Below are positions 62,204-64,000 of a stretch of DNA of 64,000 nt, piece after piece. The notes beneath the pieces were generated by a model. The model searched no databases, was not told where the DNA came from, and saw only the letters and a list, made by a program, of their open reading frames with translations. The stretch is from Squalus acanthias (taxonomy: Eukaryota): assembly GCA_030390025.1 (NCBI GenBank), contig CM059431.1, forward strand, positions 136,898,001 through 136,962,000, given 5' to 3'. A program made the translations under genes and the position numbers. Position 1 is the first letter of the stretch. Each line of letters opens with the position of its first letter.

Positions 62204-63496
62204 TTAGATAAACAGAGATCTATCTTTTATGTTACGATACACCTGCCCCACTGGTGCTGCTGGAACAACATCTTTTGTCATTTGGGCGCAGCAACATTTC
62301 AACAATAAACCAGACCATACATCACTAGTATTATAACAAAGAACAAAATCAATACTTGTACTACTGATATCCCGAGTGATCCCAACCATCCATTTGTCCA
62401 GCCCCAAAGGGTGGATGCCGGAGGTTGTTTTAACTTTTTTACTTCTTCTTGTATGTGTTCTGCCAAGTTAGTTATTTCTTCTGAGCTGTCTGGTATGTAG
62501 GTACAAGATTCTGTACCTATTAGGACACAGGATCCCCCTTTCTCTGCCAACACATAGTCAAGGGCCATCCGATTTTGCAGAGCTACTGTACGGAGGGCTA
62601 CCATCTCTGCATTAACCTTGACTAGGGCTTCAGCTGTATCATTGGCCAACTTCTCCAAGACGGAGGCCAGGTTAATGGATTCCCTTGCCAATGTATCCGT
62701 TCCATAGAAGGGGAACGCAATGGCCCAGAATCTTTCAGCCTCCGTGATGGCTCGTCTGACTCTCCGGTGGGGGTCCTTCAGAGAACCCACGTGATATATG
62801 TAGCGTATGATATAAGCCAGATAACAAGAACCCGTCCATTCTCGGGGCAACCAGGGATAGGCCCTATGTCCGCACACGAAATGAGTCCCGTTGTAGGGGG
62901 TATACTTATTTATTTCTGGGAGGTCCCATTGTACTGACAAGTCACCTCTTTTGTTTAATGACGCGAGTTTCACACTACCCGTCTCATCAGGCAAGGCAGT
63001 GTTATATGTACAGTTACTGTAGCCCACAATAGGATCTGTCGGTCGTCCCCTCTTTGTGAGACATAGCCCCCCCTTTTTTTCCTTCTGACTCCTCGTTCTC
63101 AGGAACGGTGGTAGATAGGAATATATGTTGACCGTCTCCACCCACTACAACTTTCTGGGTTGTACCCATGACGTTGGAGCTTTGCTATAGTGCAGTCGTC
63201 TGTCTTGGCTTCATAACAGCATACGCTTGTGCATCCTGCTCAAACTCCAAACACCCAACTGACCGTCTCATCATCATTAAGTGGGATTGGTTGATGGGGA
63301 ATTCCTTCCTCCGAGTGCGTGGGGACATGGGCGCAGACCCAACAGCTAGCAACGTCAACTCTCTTGGCATAAGTGTATGACATATACAGGAAGGTATTCA
63401 CCCGTAACTCTCTTTTGGCCCATGAGTCCTCCCGAGGCTACATATTATGTTTACACAAACGAGCAAACTACACATGATATCACGTAACACGTTCAT
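62204..63496 (-). pseudogene. env: ERV gamma-type envelope, disrupted by frameshifts/stop
   Basis: SU NTFLYMSYTYAKRVDVASCWVC (CWVC at 63333-63344), furin site RRVRR, immunosuppressive domain LQNRMALDYVLAEKGGSC, CX6CC altered to CX6SC, TM helix; pieces lie in different frames. Confidence 0.93.
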
Positions 63497-63627
63497 CTTA
63501 TCACTTTATGTTAACAATGTCCCAAAGGCTATATCGCCAACCTAACCACTTTGTTGCTTGCAGATTCTATTTTCCTGTGGGGGTGAATAGAATATTGTTA
63601 TTAATTTGGTTCCTCAATCACAACCAT

Positions 63628-63828
63628 CTAGATTTCTTCCCGTGGTTCAGCCGGTCGGAGTTGACGGGACCGATCCCATACATATTTCAGGATATATCCC
63701 AAGGTATATCCTATCAAGATAATACATATTATCCAAAACAGTGTTTGTGTCAGCTTCCATTTCCATTCGTCATATTGTTTAGCATATTCCCCACTTTTTA
63801 TGAAAGGTACTTGTCCTGATGTAGCCAT
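63628..63828 (-). CDS. Putative ERV accessory ORF, 66-aa single-pass membrane protein
   Basis: ATG lies 2 nt after the pol stop in a good context (AGAATGG); hydrophobic stretch LFWIICIILIGYTLGYILKYVW followed by a charged tail. Confidence 0.45.
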   Translation of the reverse strand: MATSGQVPFIKSGEYAKQYDEWKWKLTQTLFWIICIILIGYTLGYILKYVWDRSRQLRPAEPREEI

Positions 63829-63830
63829 TC

Positions 63831-64000
63831 TTAAAATGGTGAAGGGTCATAGGCTTTCAGCTGCGTCCAGTGCTTCCATCTTCCCATGCCCTTTATATCA
63901 ATGCAAGCACACGTAACCCCACTAATTAAAATCTATATGGCCCTGAACATTTTGGTGCGAACCCGGGTTTTCCTGGTAGATTCTTAACCATTACCTTGGT
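63831..64000 (-). pseudogene. pol: ERV pol 3' end (integrase C-terminal GPY/F module), frameshifted
   Basis: Minus strand reads VMVKNLPGKPGFAPKCSGPY, then after a frameshift ACIDIKGMGRWKHWTQLKAYDPSPF*. Confidence 0.75.

Overview
Vertebrate non-genic DNA, very likely from a cartilaginous fish (inferred from an HE1-type V-SINE and HER1-like CR1 LINEs). No host protein-coding gene is supported, and most ORF-track entries are translations of tandem repeats. Positions 1-35.4 kb are a G-rich 33-bp minisatellite with nested higher-order duplications, a 127-N gap, and embedded SINE and CR1 insertions. Positions 37-57 kb are a decayed Pol III gene cluster. It holds about 10 tRNA genes/pseudogenes (Thr, Lys x3, Leu x2, Trp x2, Val, Glu), many lying in mirror-image arms. 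Its centre carries a 30-bp minisatellite and two tandem vault RNA genes with conserved upstream promoter elements. Penelope-like elements with hammerhead ribozyme cores occur three times: one splits a tRNA-Lys anticodon loop with an 8-bp TSD, and one forms an 84-bp inverted repeat. A young 5'-truncated CR1 with an open ORF2 lies at 51.9-54.3 kb and a 26-bp satellite at 57.1-61.1 kb. The window ends in the 3' part of an endogenous retrovirus on the minus strand: integrase tail, an intact 66-aa transmembrane ORF, a disrupted gamma-type env, PPT and 3' LTR. All alignments were done by eye against remembered consensus sequences, so boundaries are approximate.
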